DNA from: Ramazzottius varieornatus
Taxonomy: Eukaryota; Animalia; Tardigrada
Assembly: GCA_001949185.1 (NCBI GenBank)
Contig: BDGG01000001.1
Span: forward strand, 6,237,591-6,301,590
Reading direction: 5' to 3'
Length of the DNA: 64,000 nucleotides
Position numbers and translations under genes: made by a program. The notes beneath the pieces were generated by a model, which worked only from the letters and a program-made list of their open reading frames with translations, was not told the DNA's origin and searched no databases. Below are positions 1-13,594 of the stretch, piece after piece (within the stretch, counting starts at the first letter, position 1; the number at the start of each line of letters is the position of its first letter).

Positions 1-580
1 ATTTACTTGTTATCCGCGATTTCTGACAAGTTCGATGACAGATTGGGCTTTCGTATCTAATGGATGAAGCTAATGTCGGCAATTGAGCAGAAGCGAGTGT
101 AATGTGGATGATGCAATCTTGGTGTATTTGTAGCCTGACTCCTAGTGGCGCAGTATGGCGATCACCAGGAGCGAACTGTAAAGTAATCATAGGGCGGAAG
201 AGAGGGCGGAAGAGAGCATCTTAAGCGTTTTATAACCTTTTTTCATTGCAAACAAAATGGACATGTTTAGATCCGGTCAAAGTCACGCAAGCAAACAGTT
301 TGCCGACATGGCTTAGCCTTTAAAGAAGCGGATACGATCTGTTGGCATGATTGTTTTTGCAATGTCAATTGCCGATCGATCATCCTACCAACAAGTACTC
401 TGGCGTAAAAGTCAGTTACCGGAATTTACAACTGTCTATTTGCATACAACATCTTGCAATATATTGATTGGCTAAACAGGAAAGTAGGCAAAAACAGTAA
501 AGATAGAAACTGATTGCAATGGTGATGTACGAAACATACGACGATTAGAAGTTGTAATGACCTTGGATTGTTCCCCGTAG

Positions 581-3416
581 GCTTTCTCAATACCGGCGAC
601 GGCTTCGCGAGAGGAAATTATGGCCTCATGGATCAAGTGGCTGCAAGTAAGCTAATCTTGCACGTGAGGAAATGAATTGAACCGGATCGCTATCTGGAGC
701 GGCGCGCGTTTTCATTGGTGCTTGCTGGAAGCTTGCGCCACTTGGAAAAACGATCTGTTTTGGAAACACTTTTTTACCACTTTTCACGATTGTAGGCGTT
801 TTAGAAAGCTCTTGTAAACAGTAAAAAAACTGCATGGTTGCTAACATGAAAAGTAGGAATGCAAAGGTTTTTGTTGTAGTCAAATTTGTGGAGGAGAATG
901 TGGAGCAGTTTGGTGGCGACCCCAACAACATCACGGTGATGGGCCACGGGACGGGCGCTGCCTGTGTGAACCTGCTGATGATCTCGCCGGTCGCCTCCAA
1001 CTACCGTCCACTTTTCCAAAGAGCTATCCTGCTGGGTGGTTCCGCATTGAGCCCGTGGGCCATTAGCCACGATTCGAAACAGTACACCATGGATCTAGCT
1101 CATGCCGTCAAGTGCCCTGTCGACGAAAATAGCGTCGACCTTCTCCGATGTTTACGGAACAAAAGTCCAGCTGAGCTGCTCAGAGCAAAATTAGATGTTC
1201 CACAGTAAGTCAATCCTTACCACAACTACGAAAAGAATTTTTACTTCTATTCGACCACAGCCAACAAAATCGTTTCCACCGCAAACTTAGTCTTGGTGCA
1301 TTGGATAAAAATTTAGTTGTGTGCTCGCACAAACTGAAACGAACGCCCATGGAACACTTTGCTTCGAAAATTTACGCAGATATAAGGAATACCGGTACCA
1401 TGTCTGTAGGTCGTAGCATGTTTGCTCGTTGTAGGTTTTTGACAGGTTTCGGGCCAACGATCGATGGGATATTCATCCCCAACCATCCCCGAAACATCAT
1501 GCGGAATTATGCAGGGCTGTACCGGAAGTACGGTCTGTTGATTGGACTAACGCGCAATGAAGCCGTCAACATTCTGACCAAAACAGAGCTGACCGCTGGC
1601 TTCGACGAGTCACGGCAAAATAAGCTACTCCGTTCTCTTGTCCGCAACCTATACTCTTACCACCTCGGTGAAGTCTTCATGTCCATCAAGTTCGAGTATG
1701 CCGACTGGGAACGCGGCTCGCGGTCCCTTCAGTCCATCCGAGATGCCACACTGGAGATTCTGAATGATGCATTGACGGTGGCGCCCCTGTTGGAAGCTGC
1801 ACAACTGCACGCGGGCTCCATGGCTCAACAAACTTACATGTTCCTCTTCCAGCACGCTCACCGCCTCGTCGAGGACGATTACCCCGCTGTGCTCGACAGC
1901 GTTCAGGCCGATGATCTTCCCTTCCTTTTTGGAGCTCCACTGGCGCAACAAAATGGCCGTTATTCCCCATGGTCCGGGAACTTCACTCCACAGGACGCGT
2001 ACGTCACGGAAGTCATGGGCAACTTCATCTCAAATTTCGCGCGCACTGGGTACGCACGACAAAAATTTTGTTCGTTTGGAAGTTGAGTTCCAACCGCGGA
2101 AAAGCCATTTGGACATGGGTTAATGCTCTGAGTTAGATCGTTTGTCCAAGTGGCGCACGTTACCACTGTTGGTGGTCGCAAGCGTGCGTGACTCGAGAAG
2201 CCGTGGAAAGTGGCGTATGTTTACGGAGTTATTGGCTGAGAGGGTGCGCCACTTGATTTGATCTGGTTTGATTGGTTTTTCCACGTTTCATTTTATCACT
2301 GTCAGGATATTAACTTGCTGTTATTTAAATAGCGACCCGCGAAAGCTGAGTCCGAAACGTCGCGCTCCGCTGTCCGATGCTGTTCGTCAAGCCGTCACTT
2401 CCTCCAACTGGCCCAAGTACGATGCCGAAAGACAAAAATATCTTGCCATATCCGCTCGCTCAAAAGACATTCGCGACCATTACCGCGCTCACAAGATAGC
2501 TTTCTGGACTGAGCTCATACCCAAGCTCGACATTGGTGAAGGAGCTACAATCTCCCGCGAACATCACGACTTGGCAGACTTCGACCAACTAGACTCCTAC
2601 GAAGGTCTTGTCCGCTCCATGGCCTACCTTGCCTTCCCTCCACCGCCACTCCCGCCTTCGACCACCCCGCCCCCGTGGCGTAACCGCTCTCGATCCCGAG
2701 CAACGCCACATACCAACCCTTCCAGCACGCAAGGCAAAGAAATCGTCGTGACCGTCGTGGAACCAGAGTCTCAAATTGCCGGGACGTCCATCTCAGTGAA
2801 CACGGGCATTATCATCGGAGTCAGCGTCTGTGCTGTGATCGTCATCGTCAACCTTCTGTGGTGCGTCAGGTTACACTACCAAAGGCGAAAGTTACGAAAA
2901 CAACGTGTGCAGTACAACACCAACACATCAAGGACTCCTTCAGATGAGAAACGGAATGGTGTGCCTCAGGGAACTTCATTGACGCGGACGGACTCTTACA
3001 CTGAGGATAACTCGGAGCACGTGGAGACGTTGTTAGCACCATCAAAGACTGAGTCACACAGCGGGTATTCGAAACCGAGTACTCCGATGCCTGTGAATGC
3101 TGCACTGAGCTTCCGGGATCATTCTTGTCAGGGTGATCGTGAAAGGCCTCACAGAACTTTCAACAGTTTCCAAGATCACCGCCACGGGATGCAAACGGGA
3201 TCGGTGACTGGGACGGATATGCCGATGCCACCTTCCTTGGCAGCACCCACAGTGCTCAGAGCTATGTCGCATTTAGAGAGCCACACTGCAGAGGCTAACA
3301 TGAACTTGATGAGAAGGATCTCGGCGGAAGCGCTGCGGAAAAGTGCTCATGTGGTGGCTCCAGGCCAGCTGCTAAATGTAGATCCTAGTACGGATAATGA
3401 TGAAACGGCTGTATAA
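581..3416 (+). CDS. NLGN: Neuroligin-like protein (catalytically dead carboxylesterase fold, type I membrane); 5' exons lie upstream of the window
   Basis: Exons ~581-647, 880-1204, 1435-2049 and 2333-3416 with GT-AG ends. Motifs GFLNTGD..RGNYGLMDQVAA and FGGDPNNITVMGHGTGA (GHGTG replaces GESAG, so no nucleophile Ser), FGPTIDG, NFARTGDP, HYRAHKIAFW. TM segment IIIGVSVCAVIVIVNLLWCV; C-terminal PDZ-type motif ETAV. Confidence 0.9.
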
Positions 3417-4119
3417 ACCGACTAAGCGGAACCCTTCTGATAATATGGTTTTCCTGGCTACTTCCTGGTTTTTATTTCTCTTGTAGCAGCTGATACTCAA
3501 TGTAAATAAAAACAATGTGTTGTACTGATCGTGTTCATGTGCCAGGATCCTGATTCAATAAAGACCGAACGATCTGTACAGTGTGGCTATGTGACCACCA
3601 AAGAGAACTTTGGAAATGAGAAGAGCTAAATTAGCAATAATGGCGCAAAATTGGTCAGGGTACGAAACTTCGCGTTTGCACACGGGCAGCAGCAAAAGGT
3701 ACACAGCTGTATGAATCTCGTAGGTCCTTCCAGGCGATGCCCCAGTAGCCCCACCACTTGGAGCATATCGAGCGGGAGGGGGTGTACCAGTACCATTTGA
3801 GTAAGTACCTGGAATATATCGAGTTCTCGTAAATATTAAGGAACTTTCGTTTGAATGATGGTCAGTGCATTTCACGAAACCGGCACATGGTGCGTGGTGT
3901 GTGCATGTGCGTCACCAGATGAAGTTTAGATTAGTGGCTTCGGAATGACTTGTCCGTTTTGCAAAATTTTCACCTTTAAAAATCCAAATCTTTTGTCCCA
4001 CGCTCCGATCTCTCTCACTTCTTCTGTACTTGATACTCCAACTGTGTACTTTTTTTTGCGCGTATCGTAACTTGACTGAGGTATTTGTGGAACAACGTGG
4101 AATGCTTCTCATCGTGACC

Positions 4120-4610
4120 ATGGACAAGAGTATACTACGGACCATTTTCGAACACGAATCTTGCCGCGGCACCAACGCAGTTCAGGCAGCTCGGAATAGC
4201 AACGATGAGTACGATAAGTACATCGTATATCACAAAAGAACGCACGTAAGAGGCTGGTACGAACGCTTTCGTTCGGGAGATTTCAGCTTGGAGGATCATG
4301 CTCATGGAAAGCCGAACCTGAAAGTCGACAACGATATGCTGAAAGAGGTAGTCGAAGCCAATCCTTCCCAAACTCTAAGCGAACTCGCAGAACAGTTCGA
4401 TGTATCCCATAGTGCCATCAGCGATCATCTCCTTCAAATCGGTAAGGTGTGAAAATTGGAGAAGGGGGTACCTCATTCACTTAGCGCACTCCAGAGAAGG
4501 AAGCATTGTCTTCACAATCTCGAACGTCTGAACTTTGAAGAACGAACCTTTCCTGGACCGAATTGTTACTTTGGACGAAAAATGGATTGCCTACGACAAC
4601 CAAAGACACG
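4120..4610 (+). mobile_element. Mariner (Mos1-like) transposase relic
   Basis: Mariner HTH region WYERFRSGDFSLED...EVVEANPSQTLSELAEQFDVSHSAISDHL; in-frame TGA at 4450; then KGVPHSL (WVPHEL-like); then FLDRIVTLDEKWIAYDN in another frame. Truncated. Confidence 0.85.
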
Positions 4611-5762
4611 TTTGAAGTTTCGGTACCCTGAGGGAGATTTCAAACGTTCCTTATTATACCCTGAGTTCCTTATTATACCCTCAATTTTGTCTGTACCATT
4701 TCAGTTTCAGTCCGACTAACTGACACGCTTATGCAAGCTAGTCTTGAGACGAAAACTGAAACTGATATAAAAACTGAAATTTTTCAGTCTCAGACTGAAC
4801 TGAATGCAACACTGTAACACAGCGCTGGATCTGAGCGAGATTTGCTTGATTAGCTATGGCTGACTGCCAATCGGGGTGCTTAGTTAATACCTGAAAAAGT
4901 CATGACCTTACACGAAAGTCTTGCATTTCGTCAAACAAAACATACTAGTTGAAAGATGCTGTCGATCTGGATTCTTTCAACTCACTTGGAACCTTTCTTT
5001 GTCTCCCTGCCAAGCATGACAATTTGATGGTCCATGCGTTATCTAGAAAACATCGTGCGCCTGGAGGCCTTCGCTAATCCCACTTCCTCATTTCGGGGAA
5101 TCTGGACAACTACTGTTGCTGGATCATGATCAGGATTGTCAAGTATCAGTACAGGTGTAATTAAATTCAACTTATCAAAACAACAACCCAGATGTTTCCA
5201 CTCTGGATTTTGCAGATGATTGACATGTTTTGCTGTAGCAGCATTTCTGGATGATGTAGGTGACCGTCGTACAGTGTACGACAAAATAAACCGTTAAAAA
5301 TTGGTGTTGGATGGAGCCAGATGGATGAAGCCAATGAAATTTGTGCATGCAGCAAAATTTAATTCTCATTGGCCGAGTCGTAAATAATCTCCAGCTGCAG
5401 TATTACGCCTATTTTTAACGGTTAATTCTGTCGTACACTGTATCAATATCCATCGTGCAGAGTGCTAGTGAAAGCTCTATGAACCCCGATGAATAATTGG
5501 TTAACGTCCTCACGTATTTGCGTGTTTTTCTGATTAAATATACAGTTGTTGAACGTCGTGTCGAGTAGTCTACATATAGTGCACCGGAACGTGGTTTTTT
5601 AATCTCCGGATTTGAACACTGAAGTCGGGAAGAGCCTTCTCTAAACCTCAGCTGTTATCCCTCTGCCCTATCACACCTACGTTTGCTGAGCGTTCACCGA
5701 CAAACGAAAAATACCGACAGAACCCTTCTAGGGCTCTGCGTACCGTAGACGTTTCTAGTTTT

Positions 5763-6893
5763 ATGGTGCGAGTTCATTATCCGTCTACTGGAGTATATTA
5801 CTCCAAAATGTTCAATGTATCAGGTACTCGTAATCTGACGGCTCTTTCGTCGAACAGCACGTCCAGTTTCGACAGCCCTCTAAAGATCAACTGGACGTTC
5901 ATTCCCATCTTCCTAACGATACTCACGCCTCCAACCATCGTCCTGAACACCACGGTCCTCCTAATTCTCCTCACCACCCGCTCTCTTCGGACCGTCTTCA
6001 ACGTCTATATCATCAACCTTCTGCTGTCCGACTTTGGTGTGACCGTTTCAGTGTATTCCTTGGACATCATCAACTTCTTGTATCCCAGGTGGGTCCTCGA
6101 CGACCAAGCCTGCACAGCCTACCTGTACCTGCAGTCGATCTTTCATGCAAGTACTCTCAACGCCCACGCCCTTCTTGGAGTAAACCGAATCTGGGCAGTC
6201 TACTTCCCTCTACACTACCGCCAACACCAAATCGGCAGTATGAAAAAAGCCATCAGTATATGCATAGTCACTTTCATCGTCATTAACGCATTCGTTATTC
6301 CGGGTATCGCGCGAGATGCTTTGTACTTCAGGGTACCGTTGAACTTTCTTCCGTGTTTCGTCAACAACGCCGCACAGCCGGTCTGGGCCCGCATTCAGCA
6401 GGCCTTGGTTTACGATCTACCACTAGCGTTCCTCGTAGCGACCATTCCTCTCGTCTGGTACAAAAGGTGGGGGAGAATTCGAAATCGGAACCGAGTCACG
6501 ATCCACAGTCGTGCGCCAGTGAACGCCGGGCATCTTCAAAGCTCAGATAAGCCAAGGGCAGGTAAGATGATACCTTCTTCCATTGCGGAAGGTTCGGTTG
6601 ACACCGGAAACGCCGGGAACCTACGCCAGGCACATGGAGAAAAGTCCTCATTCAATGTCTGGCTGACGCTCACAGTAAGCACCCTGATTTGCTGGACACC
6701 GTTGTTGGTCTACTTCAACATGGCGATCGCGGGACAGCAAGCTCCTACTCAGCTGTTCCAGTTGGGCGTGGTGCTGTATTCCCTAACGGTTTTAGTTGAT
6801 CCTTTTTTGTTTATTGTCATAATACCCGATGTCAAGGCTAGATTGCGCTCGTTGTTCAGTGGTTTACAAAGAACCTGTGGACACCAGACGTAG
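5763..6893 (+). CDS. Intronless rhodopsin-like (class A) orphan GPCR
   Basis: 376-aa ORF with 7 hydrophobic segments and N-terminal NxS/T sites. Motifs LRTVFNVYIINLLLSD (TM2), NRIWAVYFPLHY (DRY position), CWTP (TM6), DPFLF (NPxxY position). Confidence 0.9.
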   Translation: MVRVHYPSTGVYYSKMFNVSGTRNLTALSSNSTSSFDSPLKINWTFIPIFLTILTPPTIVLNTTVLLILLTTRSLRTVFNVYIINLLLSDFGVTVSVYSLDIINFLYPRWVLDDQACTAYLYLQSIFHASTLNAHALLGVNRIWAVYFPLHYRQHQIGSMKKAISICIVTFIVINAFVIPGIARDALYFRVPLNFLPCFVNNAAQPVWARIQQALVYDLPLAFLVATIPLVWYKRWGRIRNRNRVTIHSRAPVNAGHLQSSDKPRAGKMIPSSIAEGSVDTGNAGNLRQAHGEKSSFNVWLTLTVSTLICWTPLLVYFNMAIAGQQAPTQLFQLGVVLYSLTVLVDPFLFIVIIPDVKARLRSLFSGLQRTCGHQT

Positions 6894-7833
6894 CTACACG
6901 CACCACACTTCTACCGCGAATCATTGCTTGCTGGTATTTGCTAAAATTTTAGCCCGTTCACGAAAAAACGATCGTGAACCGGTATGAATATTAATGTTGA
7001 TCCCAAAAGATCGAACAGAGCTTTTAAAAAATGGTTCGATTCCATCGTGGTGTTTCAAAAAGGAACGCCTCTCGTCACTTGCTAAAAGTCGGGGTAGATA
7101 TCGTCCGGTGGAGGGACGGTTCCGGGAGTCATGTTGAATAGCCCGGCGAAGAATGAATAGTCTATCACATCCAGGTCCTGGTCTTTTCAACGGAGTTCCA
7201 TCTTTGCCGGCAATCCATCTTTGTACGACATTTCCTGCAAAACTTCAACAAGATCTTTAGTATGAAACTTCATTCCTATGTTGTTTATACGTTCCGCTAT
7301 TCGGACTTATTTTCCGGCCACCACTTGCAGTACACGAACGACGTGATGTTATGGGGCAGTAAAAACTACGGACCAGGCCCTACGGCGGCACGGGCAGGTG
7401 GTTCGTGCCACAAGTAAAAACCAACATTGAAGGCTGGACTACTGTACGCACGTGTTGGATATTGGCACAAAGAGCTAAAGCTTGTCAAGTCGTCATACTT
7501 GTAATTTGTTATAGAGTTATATCCAGTACGTCTCCTTTCTCGATTCTCGACGGGAACGTGTGTTATCACAGTAGGCTGGGTTAACTCCAGGCTTAATCAA
7601 GAGCCTAACTCGAGACCGGAAACACAGGGTGGCATGAACGGATAGCATTTTACTGAGACCTCAAAAAGCTCACATAAGTATACAAAACGGAATATTTGGA
7701 GCACTCCACGACTGACTTTTTGAATTTGTGGTCATTTCTGATCGCAAGTTTTTCTCTATTCAAACCTAGATTTGTCCCCTTCGGTATCTTTATTGGTGAC
7801 GGAAGCTTGGGTAAGATTACAGGGGTATTATGG

Positions 7834-8311
7834 TACTGTATACTCCCGAAATTCACGTACCTCACTCCATTCAGAGTGTAAAACTAAAGAAAGAGTTCTC
7901 ATACGGTGACCATAACAGTCTGAATCACACTGACGTCATCAGAACTAATCAAGCAAATCAATCGTATACTATAAACTTGTTAGATTCCGCTATATAACTC
8001 ACTTAAGCACGAAACTCCGCCGACTGCTTTGCTTTTCTCGTCTGGCTTCAGCGAAACTTAGTAACATCTGCCTCAATCGTCTTCATTGTACTTTTACTCT
8101 AACACTGTAATATTGGGAAAGCTGAAGAATCGAGAACCGGAAGAATCGAAAACAAGAAGAATCGAGAACAAGCTGAAGAATCGGTTTTCATATGAATAAT
8201 AGGTAATTCCGTCATGGAATGACGTCAGTTTTAGTTTGTATTTTCGCCACGGTAAGACCCCCATGATTTGAGAGTCAGTGACGTACGTGAATTTCGGGAG
8301 AGCATACAGTA
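7834..8311. mobile_element. MITE-like element with terminal inverted repeats
   Basis: ctcccgaaattcacgtac (7843-7860) is the exact reverse complement of gtacgtgaatttcgggag (8283-8300). Outer tactgta/tacagta; internal gaagaatcga repeats (8125-8183). Confidence 0.6.
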
Positions 8312-9216
8312 GAAGGTCCTGTGCATTGGAAAAACGTTAGGAGATGGAATGGTGGTATCAGCTGGTTGTTTTGCTGCAACCATAGATGATTCAACCACCT
8401 TGACAGGCTCATCGGTAGCTGGTGGAATGATGTCCGCCTTCAAGGCACTATTTTTGCCCCATGTGGTGGGAGCAGATGCAGGCGTCACATTCAGCAAAAC
8501 ACGAGAACAATAGTCCTCCTCACGACGAGCTGTTTATGTCCCAAACGGTTGATTTAAAATCTGAGTTTGCTTGATCAACGGAAATTAGTCGTGAGCGAAG
8601 CAAAATTGCGTTTCTCGAAAGTCTCGGAAACGGGAGCGGAAATGCGCGAGTTTTGCGGGGTAGGTTTGTACGCAAACTTTGCCTCCTAACCAGGCTGAAA
8701 TTCATGGTTTTCTCTCTGGCTAGTCTCTGTCTGTCGATATCCCCGACACTAATAGGTATCAAGAAGCCCATATGTGAAACGGTATCTCGCAACGTGAAGC
8801 ACTGTGCAGACAGAAATCAGCCGAGAAATGAAAATTTGAATATTTCAGTCAAGTGTGCAGAGAATAATCCGTTTCGCTTTCGAGATAAGCTATTCCAGGG
8901 CAACTTACCTTGAGAGCGAAACTTCGTAATCCACTTTCAAGATCAACACAATCAACGGAGTTTTACGGCCTGTCGTGAGGAGGAATAATAATACCTTTGC
9001 TTCACTGTCAAACGTGAATGTAACCATAATCGATTCCCAGCTTCAAAGACATGCTGTGGAGGAAGTTTGGCTGCCTCGGCCTCTGTAAGTTGATATGGCC
9101 GACAAGATTTTAAAGTCGATGCAGCAAATTTATCGTTGGCCGTCATCATTGCTAAATTTCTGACAAACTAATTTTTTGACTTTCAGGTCAGTTGCAGCCT
9201 GGGTTCGCATCAGAAG

Positions 9217-9876
9217 GTGTCTTTAAGCTTGCAGAAGAACGGACAAAGCGACAAGCAGAAGCGAAGACGGGACGGCGGTATAGGTTCGTCACTGCAAACC
9301 CGGAAGTCAGATAGCGGGACTATGAACGCAGGAAAGAGAAAGACCTGGTTGCGTGGAAAGCGCGAGCCGAATTTGCGAGTCAAAGAGATCGAACCATTGC
9401 TCCCGTTTCCTTTCGAAACTCCAGGATACTGGCGATCCGAAGACTCAGCGACACATCAGGGCATACAGCAAATGCAGACCCATCCAACAACCACACAACA
9501 GTATCAACAATCAACGACAAGCCGAACCGACTCACCTACAACAGCCCAGATTGCTACCACTCAGGCCATTCCACCGGAAGGACCTCCCACCCAGTCAACT
9601 GAAGTCCCTACCCAGACAACCCTACAATCGAAACCATTAGGCTGGAGGCAAGACGCAACCGTCCCGAGACCAGTCTACAGAATCGTGCGTACTGACTATC
9701 GTGCGGCAATCGTGCGTACCGACTTAGTGACAGCCAAAACCATGGTTTCGTGTCGTACCAACGACCAAGGGAACGTGCAGGCGTATTTTGGGGTTCCGCC
9801 GACAGCACCGAAAGCTCCTTTGGATGAAAATCGGGCTCCTCGTTCGGAACCCGAGACCACTGCTCCCCCAGTTTAA
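9217..9876 (+). other. Uncertain Thr/Pro/Gln-rich ORF, possibly a decayed exon
   Basis: 219-codon ORF after a tttcag acceptor at ~9186; low-complexity TTQ/PTT tract; no recognisable domain. Confidence 0.25.
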
Positions 9877-10550
9877 TCGGTCGTTCGCCCTCATCAGCAA
9901 TGGGAGTCTTCTCATCAACAGTACGTGTCCGACAACGTTATGGAAAAAATCAACGTCATCCATCGAGAGTCACGACAGATGGATTTTAGCACCAGAAAGA
10001 ACACCGCTGCTTCACTTACAATCTACTCCCAAACCTGACAGCCATTCAAACATCCTTCGAATTGTTACAGCCGCTCAGGATATAGCACGGAATCGCTGTA
10101 CTGTACTGCACTTTACTGTAGCTGTGCTGTGCTGCAGCACAGCTGCAGCGCGTGTATTGACGAGATTTGTGCGGCACAGCACAGCATACAGTAGAAAGCA
10201 GACTACCGCGCAGATGCACCTACCGAAACCTAACAGAAATAACAGTTTTTGGGCATTCGAACGTCTGCCGTCTCAGCTTTGTCTTACTTTGTGGCAACGT
10301 TCTCCAGGTTGACTACCGATTTCGCTGACTGAATTACAATCCACGTCAATACATCGGCGTTCCGCGCAGTTGCAACAGGTCAACGTGCATCTGCAGCACA
10401 GATGCTTAGCCACTGGGCATGAAAGTTGTGCAGCACAGCGCAGCGTACAGCGCCCTGGTAATGTGCGCAGCACAGTTACAGCGTACTTTTGGACCTGCGG
10501 CCCGGTGCTCTAATTCAGGAGTACTGCACCGGTTGGAAGGTTTTCTTCAT

Positions 10551-10608
10551 CGTCGGGTCGTCGGGTCGTCGGGTCGTCGGGTCGTCGGGTCGTCGGGTCG
10601 TCGGGTCG
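10551..10608. repeat. Tandem 8-mer repeat (CGTCGGGT)n, about 7 copies
   Basis: Read directly; explains the VVGSSGRR and RRPDDPTT periodic ORFs. Confidence 0.9.
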
Positions 10609-11254
10609 GTGGTGTTGGTGTTGATTGCGTCTACGTACTGCTTGTGTGCCAGTGTCGGACCCAAGAAAATAATACAGTGCGGCAGGAAGAAGCATCCCGC
10701 CATCTACAACTCACCGTCTGCACTTGTATCCTCAGTCTGACGGAGAAACCTACAGTCAAGCCCCAGACCGATCAAAAGCACGCGCACTCCAGCAACGGTT
10801 ATCTAGCAAACGCGCCCGCCAGGTCGTGGACCGCATCTAGAGATAACCCGAGCAGCCATACCCATTTCACTTTTAACCACATGTAGACGTACTCAAGTCC
10901 TATTTCTATCATCACATAAACGCTTGAACACATCTCATTCTCTTACAGTCTAACACTACTCAACCCATAAAAACACAACCCCAACCATAAACGCTTGTAA
11001 TCGAAAACACGTGAGCAATACCGCCTCAAGCCCCTACAAGCTTCCGTTGTTCGTTCGCTTACAACCTCTAGCGCGCCCCCTGAGTGCAGAGCCCGTAGAG
11101 CCATGGGCTGCATTGTTCTCGGTCTCGGAATCGTTGAAAAAGTTAACCAAGAATACGTGTTTACGTTTGGTAAGAACATTTGCATATTTGGCGTATCACG
11201 TGAGCTCGGGCTGCCCCTGATCCGTGCTCGCTAGGTTTAGGGTTAAAAGTTACC

Positions 11255-11864
11255 CTATTGACCAGTAACGCTGGCAAAAATACGTTAAAATTCGATACGA
11301 TATTTTTCGATACAAAATATTTTATCGCGGTCATCGATATTCATTCGATATCGATATTTCGATGCGATATTTTTCGGATACCGTATTTTCAATATATCAT
11401 ATCATATCGCAGCGATATATCGATATTTCTGGAATTTTAGTTTTTCGGGATTCCACTGATTCAAGCCCAAAAACTCAACAAGCCGATTTTCAAATAAAGT
11501 ATGAGTAAGATCGAAATGCAGCAAAGACATGACTATACCAAGACTTCAAACACATGGAAACCTGGACAGAATTAGTACCAGAACCGAATGGGTGGAGTGT
11601 GCTCGTACACCATGGCCAAAATTTTGGAATCAACCATGATCTTTCGTGAACACTGGCGAGTTTGCCATTCAGCAAAATACCGATATATCGATAATATATC
11701 GATATTGCGCGATACGATATAGCCGAATATTTTATTGCGCTATTCGTTATGAGCTTCATATCGATATTTTCGATACGATATCTGCCGCATATTTTATCGC
11801 AAACACTCGATATATTTTGATACGATATGGGTATACCGTATCGTTGCCGGTACTATTGACCAGT
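11255..11864. mobile_element. GATATC/ATCGAT-rich non-autonomous DNA transposon
   Basis: Flanked by the direct repeat ctattgaccagt (11255-11266 and 11853-11864). Imperfect TIRs agtaacgctggcaa / ttgccggtact; palindromic cgatat subterminal repeats at both ends. Confidence 0.65.
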
Positions 11865-13594
11865 TGTTCCATGGGTTAGCGTGTTTTCGCCATGGGATTG
11901 TGTTTCCTGTTACGTCATCTCTGGATCTCGTTTCCTATGGTGAATTTAGGGGGTGATGCCAGCAAGGGTAACAGTTCAAGCTAGTCCAAGGCTTCTCCGG
12001 GAGAAAGTCGACAGCAGCGTTCAAGCGTTTGAGTAAAACAGCTGATCAGCTGATGGCCACTGTCCGTAACAATTTTCTACGGTTGAATTTTACTACGTAA
12101 TACGTCATTTGTCCGATTTCTGTTTCTGACTTCTATACAAACTGTAAACCTGCCGTCTTTTCCTTGAAAAGACGGCAAGTTCACAGTAATTTTTACTGGC
12201 CCATAATTCTCGTCGCGCGTGTATGTCAGAAAGTTTTCGGTGGATTATAAAGGACAGATAGCTGCCTCCGGGAAAAACCTGATTTGGCCTGTACTGCAAG
12301 CCCTACATAGAAAACTGGTGTAAACAAGGTGTGTTTTCAGTTTTCTTCCCTAAATGGACAATTCCGCCAAAGTCTTCCCGTCCATTTCGGTTGTCTCCAC
12401 TCTCCAGCATGCAAAACTTTGAAGTAGGCTCTAGACAACTGTATAAGCGGTTTGAAAAGTTCTGCTAACACCCCTCATATCCAGAAAAAGTCATTCCCTG
12501 CACAATTTTGGAAAAAAACCTCGGAAGCGCGAAATAGATGAAAACCTGTGTCAAGTCAGAAGTCTGAGCGGCAAAATCCGGATTTCTTGTCAAAGAGGTA
12601 GGGGATAGACCAATTCACAAGTTACGAAAACTCGGGATCTCGAAGATTAATCTGTGGAAAAAACGGGAAATTGATTGTTTGAGTGATGAAATGTCCGGAA
12701 AGGATCCGCTCGGCGGGATGGTGCACAAAGCGGGATAGACAGTCTTCGCCAGCACGGCCTTGATGGCGTTATCGATCAAGGTTTTCGTAGTTGATTGATC
12801 ATTGCATAGTCATTTAACTGTATCCTCTCTGGAAATGGATGTACGTCACTGATATCTGGTTCACTAGAGTGTTAGCGTAGCTGTTACACAAAGCCATTAT
12901 GGCGTCAGATCTTGACGTATTTACGGACAGCTTTAGTAGCCAATCAGCGTAGTCGGACAAAATACTATTAGTCTGTACGAGTCATTCACTGAACAGCTGA
13001 TTTCATAACTGAACCAAGAAAAATGCGAACTCTCCGGATTGATTGGATTGATTGAATCCTGTGGCGTCACAGCTGTTTCAATCGTATGAGGCTATGAGCT
13101 ACTGACTACCGACCATATCTGCAGTTTCACATTTTGAAGTGAGTGACGTACAACCATTTCCGGAGAGAATACAGTATGTGATTTTGATTTTCACGATTCG
13201 CGAATCGCGATGTCCATCGGTGGCTGCGCCATGGAATCTTCAGAGCAGTACCTGGCTGTAAGAAGTGGCAGCGCTAGGTGGCCACTCAACTGCTTAAGGC
13301 TGCCGAGCGTGCTGCGGTCTTGTGATTTCGAGAAAGTAATCAAGTCAACGGCTGGCACAGGGGGCCACTTGCCTAGGTGTCACTGCTTACGGCTAGGGCC
13401 GCCACCCATTGCGCCGCCACGGTGCCACCCATGGCGATGTCGACTCGCTTGCTTTTCTTCTTCCCGTATGATCGTATCTTCCGGTCGCTCTAGAATCTCT
13501 CCTCACCGTCCCCTATCGCCGATCAGGGTTTGTTCCAATACCTAAAGCTCTTCTCTTGGGGGTGTCGATCCATTGGACGTAGTTCGGAGTAGGC

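Noticed and set aside
1649-3272. Antisense ORFs over neuroligin, and similarly over TRPA, the aGPCR and the esterases
   Set aside because: Shadow ORFs of real coding exons with no independent motifs.
10551-10608. Periodic repeat as a CRISPR array or repeat protein
   Set aside because: Simple 8-bp tandem repeat without spacers; eukaryotic context and no cas genes.
11231-11254. TTAGGG-like telomeric seed
   Set aside because: Only one or two units; not an array.
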